A program made the translations under genes and the position numbers. A DNA stretch of 64,000 nt, taken from assembly GCA_951406725.2 (NCBI GenBank), contig OX597816.1, forward strand, positions 94,736,001 through 94,800,000. Reading direction: 5' to 3'. This stretch comes from Octopus vulgaris. Taxonomy: Eukaryota. The stretch's first letter is position 1, and each line of letters begins with the position of its first letter. This document shows positions 15,149 through 28,460 of the stretch, piece by piece. The notes under the pieces are model-generated. The model made no database searches. It was not told the DNA's origin and was given only the letters and a program-made list of their open reading frames with translations.

Positions 15149-16539
15149 TTAAAGACCCAAAGTACTCTTGTTATGAAAAGTGTAACATTTATAGTAATAT
15201 AAATCATTCCATAGCCTTTGAGACAATCATCAGATCATATTACCAATGTGGTAATATTTGGCAGCTGCACTTCAAGAAGGACCAAATTCTTTTAGGAATG
15301 TATAAGGGAAAGCAAATGAATTGAATTTTTGAAATCTTATAATCAGGTGGGAAGGTACTACCTTTATAGGGTCTCTGAGAGGAGTGGGAGGGAAAGGGGA
15401 AGATATCCTCAAACAGGAGACCTGGCATGGATGCTTGTAGTATATAGAACAAAATGAAATCCACCAAAGGCACCTAAGATGTAAGGTGGTAGTGTTAATA
15501 TTGATTGCAACATTAAAGCAATTATCCCGAAGCCAGGTTTAAGGTACTTGATTTACTGCAAACAGTACAAAATGGAGGAATTGGGGTTTTATATTGCAAA
15601 AAAAGACATTAACAAAAATTATGAAATATTAGAATTTCATTTGTCAGCATTTAAAATACTTTAGCATGAATTATTTAAGACAACATTTAAAACAAATTTA
15701 TACAGTAACCACTCACAATAAACTGATTTAAATAGTTTGCCAAGTAAGATTATTGAAATAATTTTGACAATAGATTTGATAATTACTATATGAACAATAC
15801 ATTTAACAAACTCCATCTTGATATACTGCAAAAGTGCATTACAAAAAAGTAGTTTCCCTCAGGCTGTGATAGTAAGTCATACGAACAAAACTTGAACATT
15901 CTCTTTGAAGTCCAATATTATGTGGACTAGTTACAGAAGGAGTTGAGGATGATGATAATTTTTAGTTTAGAAATATGAAATATGTAATTTCATACTGGCT
16001 TCTTTGCAAAATGCTAACTTGGTGTGTGTAAGAATGTTAATATATCTCTTTCTCTTCCCATACTATCTCTGAAATTGTGGAAATTAATATTGCTTCCAAA
16101 TCTAGAATAAAATAGTGAACTTAATAGTAAGAGTTAAAAATGAAACAAGAATTAGTTAACAAAACAATATATAGAATTAAATTGTGGGTTCAGATAGAAA
16201 ATTTGAACAATATTTTGAAATTAGTTACTGTAAATAAAGCAATTTTATTCATTATATTTGAAATAATTACTCTCATCTTTTCTATAAAATAAATGATGAT
16301 TGAAATGTCTCAATTTGTCATTGGTTTTAATACATGTATGATACATATAGACAATGTGTCATAAATCCAGATGTCATTATTGAAAAGTATGTAGAGAATG
16401 ATAGTGGCACACTCACCCTCACTGATACTAAGAAAGAAGCATGGAAATGACACTAAAAGAAATTGATAAAGGATGGGTAAAAAGAGGAATAACCCAAATA
16501 CATCCAATTGACGAACCAAGTCATGAATAGAAGCAGAAT

Positions 16540-17430
16540 TATCAAGAATCTTATCAGGAAGAGAAGAGAACTAAGAGATGTATTTTGGTTTCGTGCCAAG
16601 ACATGGAACCACTGATCTTTTTTCTTTGTGGAAAAAGTACAGAAAGTTCTCCATAATTCTCATAGTTGAATCAGTTGGAGAGTTAGAGTTACAGTTCCAA
16701 ATGTGAAGCAGGAGTTTAGAATTGAGATATCAATTTAGTCAAAAATGAAAATGGGATACAGCTACTGACAGAGAAGCAGTCATGCTCAACATTCAAAAAG
16801 AGAACAGATAGAAGCTCTAAATGGTGTATACATTAAAGACAATGAGCAGACGAAAGGTGCAGTGGCATATCAGGAAAGCCAACAGAGAAGGATTTCATAT
16901 GTAACAGATGCAAAGTAGCAGTTAGCAACAGAGCACCTAAGAAATTAAGTTTTTTAGCAGCTCAGAAAGCTCATTAGAAGTAGTTGATAGCTTCTGCTAT
17001 CTAGGTGTCCTAATCAGCAATGGCGGTAGGTGTTATAGATATTAAGACTGAATAAGAATGGAAGGGGAAATTTTCAGGGAATAAGTAACTCTTTTGCAAT
17101 AGATGGCTTTCTCTCTTTGAATGAAGAGGAGACTGTATGATACTTGAATATGAAATGATGCAACATGGTAGTCAGATATGGGTCAGAGCTAAATATGGAG
17201 GATATTTAAAGCTGAAAAGAAATGAAGAAAGCATACTTCATTGAATATGTCATGTTATCATGCATGAATGATAGAGTGCAAGAGCATTGAGAGAAAAACT
17301 TAGAGGTAACAGCCTCATTATGTGGGAGAGAAAACTGTTCTGGTAAGAACATGATGCACATGAAGAATGATATTAGGTGAAAAATATCAAACAACTTTTA
17401 TAGAAGGAGCCTGCAAATATGTGGGAAGAA
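16540..17430 (+). mobile_element. Old, degenerate RTE LINE
   Basis: TAGAAGTAGTTGATAGCTTCTGCTATCTAGGTG matches 48112-48144; remnant of the GF.P..GT.D motif near 16585. Boundaries are approximate. Confidence 0.7.
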
Positions 17431-20008
17431 GTTGTAACATCAGTATGTTGGATAGTAAAAAGCATAGAAAATGCTGTAATGAAATGGACACATTCAACCC
17501 ATACAAACATAGAGAAGCAGTTGTATAAATGATACACAATTTTAATACTGATTGTCTATGACATAAATATTTTACATTCAGGTTCTTTAGTAAAGCATAC
17601 AAATTTAGAAAATGTATTATTTCTAACTATATAGATTCATATGAAGGCAGTAAAGGTTCTTAAGTTTTAAATGTCTAGTAAAATGAAAAGATGAAAATGG
17701 TAATCAGAAAATCTGAAAAGTAAACAATAACAACACATTTTAGAATTATAGCATTACAATGTAAAAACGCTTCACATTACTTTGATAATAGTAATTTAAA
17801 TCAACAATGAAGTAAAACTTTCAACAATCAGTAAGATTAGTAGTTGTTATTTCATATAAGAATGAATAAGTAGAATGAAGTAATATCCATTAACAAGAAC
17901 ACATTGTATATTTATAAAGAAAATATCTTTAGTTTACAGAATATTTGTAAATGTTACAATAAAATACACAATGTTCAACAAAGAATGCAGCATCTAATCA
18001 GATTGGTATAAGAAAAGATTCATCAAAAGAAGTATAAGGTTAAAGATTATGAAGAAACCAACCAGTGAGTCAAAGTTAAACTTTTAATAACCAAGAAATT
18101 ATGTTTGAAAAGGTTTCTGTTGCATTCTATGAATAGTCAGTAAAATTTTCTAAATAATAATACAGTAGCAGTAGACTTATAGAGGAAACATATTCCCTTT
18201 TAAATTATCTTTATAATATAATAGTGCTATACTTTCAAGAAAGCTGTCATTAATCAGAGAGCTGCTAATTCTTTTTATCATACAACATGTTATATAAAAT
18301 AATTTTACTAAATCATTTAAAATTAAAAAATTAACTTTTAATTAATAAATCATGAAAATTTAACTGGAATAGCTCTTCATCATCATTTGTGAAAGCAACA
18401 GTTTTTCAGACAAGATCAATATACTGATACAAAAGTTCTGTTCTAGAGGTGTAAACTTTTGAATCCATGAATGAATTTGATTATTGCTTGAAGTCATTTA
18501 AGTGTATTTTCATTAAGTAATAAAGCCTTTGGAAAATACATCTTTATATATCTATGCTTAACCCAAAATAAATTACACTAGCTTCTTTTGACTAAAGTAC
18601 ATGATCCTTACATGTACAGGGGAACTGAAACAGGAAGTTGAGATCTCATGATTTTTTACATAGAAAAAAAAAAACAGTACCAATATAAAGAAAAATGACT
18701 AAACAGTTGGGTAAAATAATGTTTGCAAAGGAATTAGAATGGCTCATTTTGATAGGGTGTTTATCAGGAAAGAAGCAACAGTGTATCTTTACATGTGTTG
18801 TGTCCTTGGTAAAAACATATATAACTCAATGTTACTAGAAGTAGAGTTGCATTATAGAAGAGTGTTTCTTTAGTTTGCAGAGTGAAAGACAAATCCACTC
18901 ACCTAATTGAGAAGGTACCTCAAGAGGTATCTTTCTAAAAAGATGACAGCCCACCTTGTTGATATTAATTATTTATGCACCTCTCACATTATGTGAAGTC
19001 CAGCAATTATTTCTATTTGCCACATTTATTTAAAAAATAGTGCTTTAACTAAGACTGGGTCCAATTATTTATTTCCAGATACCTTAATTGGCAAACCAGT
19101 ACAATAATGAAACAAAGTGAACTACAAGTATCAGAACCAATAACGTTAGAAGCAATATTGTACATATTAAAGGAAGACAAGGAAATAGTATCTAAAATTA
19201 TAGCTTTTAGAGGAATACTTTCATTAGAATCAAACCTGTAAGGAGCTGACCAACTAGACTTCCTTTTAAAATACCAACTTTTCAATCACACAAAGTCACT
19301 AAAACGAGTAGTAGCAATATTTTTTGGTGTTGATTTAATTGACAGCATAATGTGCCATAAAAAAGAAAAAAACTAAGCCCAGTATTCAGGATTACTTTTT
19401 CCAACATATTCAAACATTTTTAAGATGGTAGAATAAAATTTGAAGTAGATTTAGCTGTTAATTATAGTAGATTGACTATCAATACAGTGGATCCTTTGTT
19501 TATTATCACCCAAGGATAAAGAAAGAATGTACACTACCAATATAAAGTATAGTGGTAAAACAACTGTTGTGCTATGATCAAATTCACCTAATCAGCCTCT
19601 GCTACAACAACCCCCAGTCAACAAAAGAGCGTCTACACGATTGCTTGACCTTCTAGGAACTGCAAACCACATAACACTCAACTATTGTTATAAAAATGAA
19701 GAATACACTGGATAAATTTATTCTTAGATACACTTTTTGAATAAGAGATAGGATGGCCATAGTTGGGAATGTTTTATGATTAGAGATCTGTTTAGTCATT
19801 GCTGACCTTGGACTACACAACAAAATGCATAGAGAAATGGATGAGAAGGGGAGGGAATGCGACATGTCCAGATTGTCACAGAGCATTCCACATGATTCAT
19901 GACTTCATGCGGGAGTGTGCAATATGGTTCTCAGCAAGGAAAAACATCGTATATAGCTTAGTCATTTGGTTAACTACTTACATACCATAGGTTTGCTGAT
20001 CTTGTGTT

Positions 20009-20649
20009 CAGTGGTGGGTTCTAGATAAAGTTAGTTGGGGTGCTGCTTCAGAAAATTTTTAGCTGTTGTTTTAATATTGTGTAAAAAGAAACAAACACAT
20101 AAAAAGATAATTTATACATAAACTCGATCGGTTTGCATTTTAGCTACTGCTGGGTAATGTGTTTAATTTGTTCATTGAACACCGCTTCAAGTTCATCTTG
20201 TTTTTCAAAAATCCCCCCTAAATCACAAAATAAGTTGGGGAAATGTGCCCTATTTTTCAAATCCTGGCAGCAACATTGAAGCTGGAAGCAGGATAATAAT
20301 CTAATTCTATACTTTATCACATTCAAGAATATAAACACATTTTTAAGCACAACACACACAAAGTCAAAAACACTACTGTTGCTCATGCAGTGCTCTCTCT
20401 CCCTTGTGTGAAGCTTCTTATCTTGGACATGTGAGCATGTGCACAACAGTCAAACACTGCGTCACTGGAACTGTGACACTCACAGTTCTATATGAGGATT
20501 GTTGTATTTTTTTCATAAACTAGGGTATGGCTACTGACATTAAGTATAAAGAAAGAATTAAAGAGAAAAGGACTCATTATATTGAATGTTATCGATAATA
20601 GAAAATAGAAATAGGGGATGCTGCAGTTCCTATACATGAACTGCCACTG
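20009..20649. mobile_element. Non-autonomous hAT-type DNA transposon
   Basis: Termini CAGTGG...CCACTG with a perfect 8-bp target duplication CTTGTGTT (20001-20008 and 20650-20657). Internal ORF 20144..20446 may be a transposase remnant. Confidence 0.85.
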
Positions 20650-23600
20650 CTTGTGTTACAGAACAACTTTAAACTTAGTAAAAATATTTAGTGTTATATT
20701 TTAGCTATTTCTGCATCCCATTAATGTATGATGTCATAGTTTTGACAAATTACTTTTATAATTCAGATTCAAGTTGTTCCATAACTGCTAATTTTCCAAT
20801 AACTGTACCTATTTCACTTGGTCTTCTGTTATTTCAACAACCATTAATTCTCAGAGAATTCAACAAATTTTCTATACAGAGCAAGTAAATATTTTTTTGA
20901 CATTAAGCTTATTCATAATGATACAATATTATTATTTCATATTTTTCAGAGTCTCCTTTTAAAGTTATGTCATAACATCCTCCTTTTATTAGTTAGAAAG
21001 AAAAACAGTGTCAATGACCCATGCAAGCCATCCAAAACTAGTGACATTAATATAGCTGATACTTAATTTGAACTCCTGTAAGTCAACATTTCAAGAAAGT
21101 ATGTAGGTAAGAAAGGAATTCCAGAGGATTGCTGCACTGGAGAGGCATGATTGGTAAAAGTGTTTATTGCAGAATTGGGGTGTTGGGGAATACAAGTATG
21201 ATGAAAGAAGAAGTGATATGTACATAAGGTAGAGTTGGATGGATGGAGTATGCAGCTTGATAATTTAGAAAAGTAAAGGTTCTTGTAGTGAAGTTAGAAG
21301 AGGTAGAGAGGGGAAAAAACCCTAGTTAATGTTAGTGTGTTTGTCAATTAACCAAATGGCCATTTTTGATGCAGATAAGTTTATTTATGCACATAGCAGC
21401 ATTACTATTTCAGATGTGCAATCTGTATTCCAATGTTGATCAATGTAGATCCAACTAATCAGATTTGAACAAACTAAGTTTTTGGGAGGTAGTTTAAGCA
21501 ATATCATATGTAAGGTCTCCTTGAGCAATCATCAAATATAATGCAGCAGCTATGAGTGCTTTAATTCTGTGTTGTTTGTACATAGAGAGGATGTGCAACA
21601 GTGTGTACTTGATATTTCTATTGATGCTGAAGGAGATTATATTTTCATGTTTCAATTTAAGAATTGTTTTGAAGTCTCTGTTCAAAGAAGTAGTGTGAGA
21701 TAGACATGAAATCTCTAGGTTAAATATATTGATGTTACTTATAGAAGTGCTAAAGAGTGAATGATAGTATGACATAGATATATAGAGTGGATACAGAAAT
21801 ATACCACTTGCCGAGTTCTATAAGCTGAACTTACTTTAATATTTTAATTATTACAATGAAAAGACAGGTACATAGAAACAGTGGATACCACCTTTGTGAA
21901 AATGCTTTAGCTTAGCCAAAGAAGAAACATCTATGCAAGTTATACCTCAAACCATTAATCCAGATTGTAATCTTAATACAAATACCCAACACAAAACAGA
22001 TTGAACTACATGATAATGCTTTCTCAATAAGTACCAGTTAAGAGTAAGTCTATACTGTAAATTGGCAGGCAGCAGTTCCAGGTTGAATTTTTTTTGCCTA
22101 CTGCGCATCCAGTTTTTCTGTATATGTACAAGATAGTTTTTGCTTGGATAAATGTTTTTATAGATGGATGACCACATATAACTAACCACAACCATTGAAA
22201 TAGAAGAACCCACTTTATTTAGTCAACAAAACAGGAGCAAGATGATTTTGTGTTTTGCTCAATGGTATATAGCAACAAGCTTTGAATTCACAGCTATATG
22301 GACAATAATGCAGAATCTGATTCTAACAATCATTACCTCACCATGAGTTTATCAGTTGCAGAGATGTGTAAAGTAAGTGACAAACAACTAAAGCAACTTT
22401 GGAAAATTAAGATTGTTTAGTTACCTACAGCAGTGCCATAGATCAGCTGAATTAGAATATACTGAAATTATCCTCCTACCACCACTGTATATAGCTCACA
22501 CTTCAAAATTTCAGACATTTATATTTTATTCCAATATAATTATTTTCATATTTTATACTTATGCAACAATTTTTACTACATAGAATATTCTGGTTTCTAT
22601 TTTAAAAAGTTTTAAGATCAGAAATTCCTAGAAAATACAGTCTTTAATTAGTGATAGATCATCTTTTCATAAAAGATATTTTTGTAATTTATGGTTCTGA
22701 ATCTAGGAGGGGATTAGATTGTGCAGCCAATTGTAGAGACATGCTACACAAAACTGATTATCTTTTACTTTCTCTTCAGTCTTTCATTTGAATTTTATAT
22801 ACACCATGACAATTGCCCTCTCATGTTATTTCTGACACACTCCTGAATTCTAGATTATAAATTACTTGGTCATGTAATATATGACCCAAAGAGGGTGCAA
22901 ATTATGCACTGAAGAGATGTAGCCAATTCCTTCATAGCTGTTGCCTTTCGAATATTGTATTTTTTCTAAAACTTTTTCAATCTTGGCACTGAATTGTAAA
23001 ATCACTTTTCATGCTAATATTATTTCCCAATTAATGGTTCTGCAAAATAACAATAAAAAACAATAGATTTGAACTGGATTAGTTCTGACTTTCATGGAGG
23101 TCACAGATATCTTATATTGCAAGTATTTCAGAGTGTTTATACATTCTGATAGCTTGTGCAGTCTTGAAAGATTCCGAAAAGACTTCTAATTTACATATTA
23201 CTGAAAACAAAGAAAATTTTTCAATGGAAAGCATCCTGAATAACTGAAAAGTAAAACACACTTTTATAATAATTTTATGAAAGAATGTAAAATATTGAGG
23301 GTATAGTTTATATTGTAGAAATGTATCTGTAATATTTGTTAATATTAACTCCCTATCTATATTAAGTTTTAAATTCTTGAAAGTATGAAGTAATTTTTGT
23401 GATAATTGCTTATTAGAGACTTAATAGTAATTTCTAACTTAGGAACAAGTCCACAAATTTAGGAGTAGGGATATGGCAATTTAATCTGTACTTGAATGAT
23501 ATTTTATTTTATTTTTCTAGTAGTAAGTCAATTACTGATTATTTAAGGTAACATTATAAGGTTTTAAAAAATTATTTTCAGACACAGTTGAGAAGTTAAA

Positions 23601-26049
23601 TTATTATCATTTTAGGAGACAGGAGTTCAGTTAATCATAAAATGCTGAAATCTGGAAATTGATAGTTATATGAAATGTATACTAACAGCATTGTAGATAA
23701 TTGATATGTTTCTTTAAAAAATATGTAACTATTCAGGATAACTGGTAAAAGACAAAATGTACTGTAACAGTTGGTAACATGATACATGGAAGAAACTCCA
23801 CTCTCTCAGGCAATTATTGCAGAAAGTGAACAAAGAGAGTAGTTGGAAGGCTTTTACTGCATCAGTCCAGTGCTTCCTAGCCTGCCATCTTGTAGGATGC
23901 TTTCACTGCATTTATCCTGCTCTCTCCCAACATCAATAGTCCCCTCGAGTTTCTCGTTTCTCTCACTGTGCTTACTGTATTTATGCACTGTTCCTCCAAC
24001 CTTGTCTCTATTTTACTAGCCTTTCCAAACAACTTCTTCATTAGCTCAATATTCACTATTCTATTCCTCTCCATCTTCTATGGCACCCCACTACTCTCTT
24101 AGCCTGTAATAATCTTCCTCTCACAGCTTCTCTGGACCCTTGACACACTTATCTCTTTCCGTATGTCATGCACACTTTCTCCCACCTTCTACCCACGAGA
24201 GAATGAGATACAAGAGTATTTCCTGGACATGAGCAATGATTGTGATTCTGTGCTGCTGACAAGTACTAGATTACTTTGTCCTCATTGGAAGATATTTCTG
24301 GGGTCTCTGACTATGGAAACAATGCAAGTTTGGTATGAAATATTTAAGTTACATGTTAATGACATTTAGGTATACAAGGTGAATAAGGACTAAAAGAGTA
24401 TTATCTACACAAAACCAGTGTTTAAAGAGACAGCATGTTGGTCTTTAATCTATAGAATGAAGAGAGGAATTTGGGTTTTGTCAAAGTTGGTAAAGTGTAG
24501 GTCAGTGAAAGTGGTATTAGCATATACTGCTCTGGTGCAATCTGACAAAAACTCAAGAGATAAGTGATGTTACCTAACAACATATTAATGTCAAACTGCA
24601 AATATTTTTGTTCTATGAAGATTGTCATTATCTTCATCAATTTGATGTCTATTCCCATACTGGCATAGGTTGGGTTAGTCTGTGATATGGCTAAATATTG
24701 CTTGTCCTATTTTTCAGCTATCTAATTTGTGAATTCCTTGAGATCAGACTTTTTCACTTCCTCCCATATCTTTGTCCTAGCTACCTTCCAATGTCAGTGC
24801 ATGATACATATTTTTATGTAACGCTCTTTGTTCTTTTACATAACCTGTTCATAGCAGTTCAGTTGTCTCTTCTGCCCATTTTAGCTAATATTCTTAATTC
24901 CATCTTCCATGTAAGTTAAACTTTAAGCATCTTATAGATCACACCTAACTCATTTCTCTTCTTCAGTGGAGATCCTTCACATTCAATGCTAGTGTTTCAC
25001 TATCATACAATATTACATTTATTAAAAATGCTTCTTACAGTCTTACCTTAGTTACCCTACTTCTTTCTTATTCTAGCTATAAGGTCTTACTAGAACAAGC
25101 CCAAATACAAATATAAAAAGCAGCAGTCACTTTACAAAGCTATTTTAATTACATTTTTATGAGTAATTTTTATTGAATATTTTGCTTAAATTAGAAGTAT
25201 ATTATAATTTTGATAAGTGTGATTGAAGAAAAGATTTTAAAGTAAAATATTAAGGAAATATCTTTCTAAATTATTTTAAAATAATTTCTAAATGTTAACA
25301 AGGTTTTGACAAAAATTGTTTAAACTACTCAAGAGAATTGTGGAAATAAGGGAATGTGTAATTTAGCAATATTTGTGGAATTGTGTAACCCAAGTAAATA
25401 TATATTTACTGACATTCTGAAATTAGGATACAAGAATTAATTAGCAATAAATGAACTAATATAAATAAATAAATAAATATAATTCCTTCACATGATTGTA
25501 ATAGGTTCATTATTTAATCACGTGAAAATATAAATTCTGTTGGTAAAAAAGGATTTTTTATGAGAAAAGCTGAAACAATAAATCATCATTCAAAAGAAAT
25601 CAGTTTCATTAATCAAATGCTGTTTAGGAGTTGGTAAGATAGAAAGTATAATTCAATAACCCATGGGAAAAAATGTAACAAAAAATAAATATTACTTAGA
25701 TTAGATTGAACTTTATAAAGAATAGAATTTAAAAAAAGTAGAAGACAAAAAAAATTTAGAGAATAATGAAAAGGGTTAGCAACATGAAAGAAAAATATAA
25801 ATCTTTAGTTGTTGATTGTTTTGGAGAGGTTTCTGAATGTTACATCTGACTTTAGCTTAAAGATTATTAATGAAATATCTTTTCATATTAATTGGTTACT
25901 AGTTTAAAATAGCAAAACAATTCCTTAACTATGCTCCAGCTTTATATTTTAAAATGTTATTATAATAATGTTAATAATGAAGGTTGAATTGTCTAAAAGA
26001 TAAATTAAAAACCTATCATAAACTGTGTTGCATTATTAAAATACTATAT

Positions 26050-27000
26050 TATTATTTAGGTCCTGGTTGGAACTGATTGAGCAAACTTTTCCAGTTGTTT
26101 TCACCTCATCTTTTTTTATATTTTATTTTTAACAGACATTGTGCACCTTAGACAAAATTAACCAATGTATCAAGTTTTGAAGATGAGAGGGCATGATTTC
26201 AGGGAAATTTGTCTACTATTTACAAGTAGATAAAGAAACCATGAAGAAACTCGCTTTATCAATGTGACATATGTTTATTGTTTGAGCCTAAGTTAACCCT
26301 GAACTAAGAAGATCTATAATGAAAAGCATTTCAACAGTAACATTCCTGTCTTTTTATACACCTATAACTACAGTGTTCAATGTAACATTCCTTTTTAAAA
26401 GAGTAAAGTGTGATGTGAGGAATATTTGGCTGCTGTTTCTTGCAGGTTGAGCAACCTCATGGAGGTTGGCTTCATTGTTGGTTTGTAGTAGGAGGTGAGG
26501 CTTCTTGGTGATTATGTGAGAATCTGAGGTCAGTTTAATGGTAAGTCATAGCGTCTTAATGGTGGATGCTTGTTGTTTAGCCCTAATCAGATATATATGT
26601 TCAAAGGCATTCCAGCTATAACCATCTTATCTTATTTTTAGACACAGTGTATCCAGAATTACATAAATCATCTGTTTCTAAGATAGTAGAGTGTAATCTA
26701 AAGATCTAGTGGCTATTTCTAGCAGGCTATAAGACCACATAGACTTCCAGTGGTTGTGATGACAAGATCAATAGAGTTGTGGACAAATCACAGTGCAATA
26801 TTTCTTTAAGTACCTTTACATTCTTAATTAGACTTCATTTTTCATCCTTCCAGTGTAGATAAAATGAGCATCAACTGCTGGAATCAATATTATTATTTTT
26901 GCTATCTAAAATTTGTCATACTCTGAAGATAGTGGGATTTAAAGCAAATTTAGCTTCTATTATTAGCAGATCAAGTGACCATATAGAGGCATTCCCATTG
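26050..27000 (+). repeat. Cluster of 3-4 diverged copies of an old interspersed repeat of about 200 bp
   Basis: Recurrent TTGTTTAGCCC...AAAGGCATTCCAGCT...ATTTGGCTGCTATTTCTAGCAGG-like blocks. Related pieces near 6650, 10410, 13410 and, inverted, 19700-19820. Confidence 0.6.
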
Positions 27001-28074
27001 GCTTCATTAAAGTAATATAAGGTATTCCACACCAGAAAGGCTCTGATGGCTAAGTGGAAGTGAATTTTCTAACTTTGTGGTTTTGGGTTCATTCCATTGC
27101 ACAGTACTTTTGCAAATCTATTATAGCCCTGGGCCAACAGAAGACTTGTGAGTAGATTTGGTGGATAAAAACTGAAATAATCTCATGTGTGTGTGCACAC
27201 GTATATTTGTTTACATGTGTGCCTCTCTGAAAATCACAAGTTATAAGCAATATTGTTGTTGTCATTACTCCTGACAAAAACAATGAGCTGCCAGTTTAGT
27301 GTCTTCAAAAAATGCATGAAATAAGAGATCCTTACTTCACAAAAAAAAAAAGATAAGGGTCAGTAGTAGAATGGTCTTTCATTAAAAACAAACACTATAA
27401 TGATGTATTTGTTTTACCCATGATATCATGGAAAAACACATAATAATGAATGAATGGAATATATATATATAAGTATATAAATTTTACCATCAATATATTA
27501 CAGGTCGTGGCATGTAAGTGGTCAGAATGTTACCATCAGTTTTTACATTGAATTTTTGCCATGAGACAACAGCAAAGTCTTTTCAAACATGTTGGCAAGA
27601 AGCATATAGCCACTTTTGCACTGGAGGTACATATACACTAAGGTCACTTAGTGATAGTAAAATGAAATTTTAGTGGAATATAGGGTGAAGATCTACATAA
27701 ATATATGAAAGTATGAGTTATTTCCCATAGATTCGTGTTAAAGGTCAAATTGTGAAAAGAAGATGAATACCCTTAAGTTTGAAAGATGTGTTAAAAGCAA
27801 TGGGTGGTAAAAATAATGACCAAGGAAAACAATTTGCTTGTTATTTATGTTAATAATACTATTAGTAATAAAGAGTAAATTTTGTTAGTAACTTTGAGGG
27901 GTTGTCTGTGTGTGATTGCATGTGTGGATGGGGTTTGAGGGGGAGCAGAAGGGTTGGGGATCCCTATAAAGATTTGGGGCAAGAGGTAGAATGGGATGGA
28001 GGAAAGCTATGGGTGATGCCTGTAGCTTGTGGTGTATGTTGCTCTTCAGTGCAAAGTGGACATGACTACATTGC

Positions 28075-28460
28075 TAAAATACGTTTACACTCATGAGAGC
28101 ATTATTAAAAAATTTCACCTTCTGAGATAAGGAAAGAGCTTGGGTCATATGAGCTCTTTATAAACAGATCGCTGTCTCTGCCATGTACAGCCTACATCTA
28201 CTGCTATTGAGATACAGCCCAGATCTTTCCAGCAATATTCAGCAGGTGTTTAAAGACATCGCATACTTTTTTAATTGCCATATATAACTGGCTAAAAATT
28301 GTGGTACTGCATCTTTCCTAGATCTTAAAAGAAAATCTTTGGTTATTCAGCCTGACCTTGAAAGAGCTCTCTGTCAACCCAATTTCACAGTGTTGGTTGA
28401 TACTACCTCTACTTTGTAAACCATAGCTCCTGTATTGCACTGAGCAGTCAGTAGGTTCAC
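28075..28460 (-). pseudogene. Penelope-like element GIY-YIG endonuclease remnant
   Basis: Frameshifted minus-strand reading MVYKVEV...IGLTESSFKVRLNNQRFSF...ASYIWQLKK...RCRL..AE...CSHECK fits the PLE endonuclease pattern VY.../YIG.T...FK.R..NH/LS.YIW.LK/C.LC..E/C.H. Confidence 0.75.

Noticed and set aside
19799-19990. ORF with RING-like CIEKW...TCPDC
   Set aside because: It overlaps an inverted interspersed repeat, has an incomplete motif and lacks supporting splice structure.
21947-22213. ORF possibly from a MULE-like transposase
   Set aside because: No diagnostic motif, terminal inverted repeat or target duplication identified.
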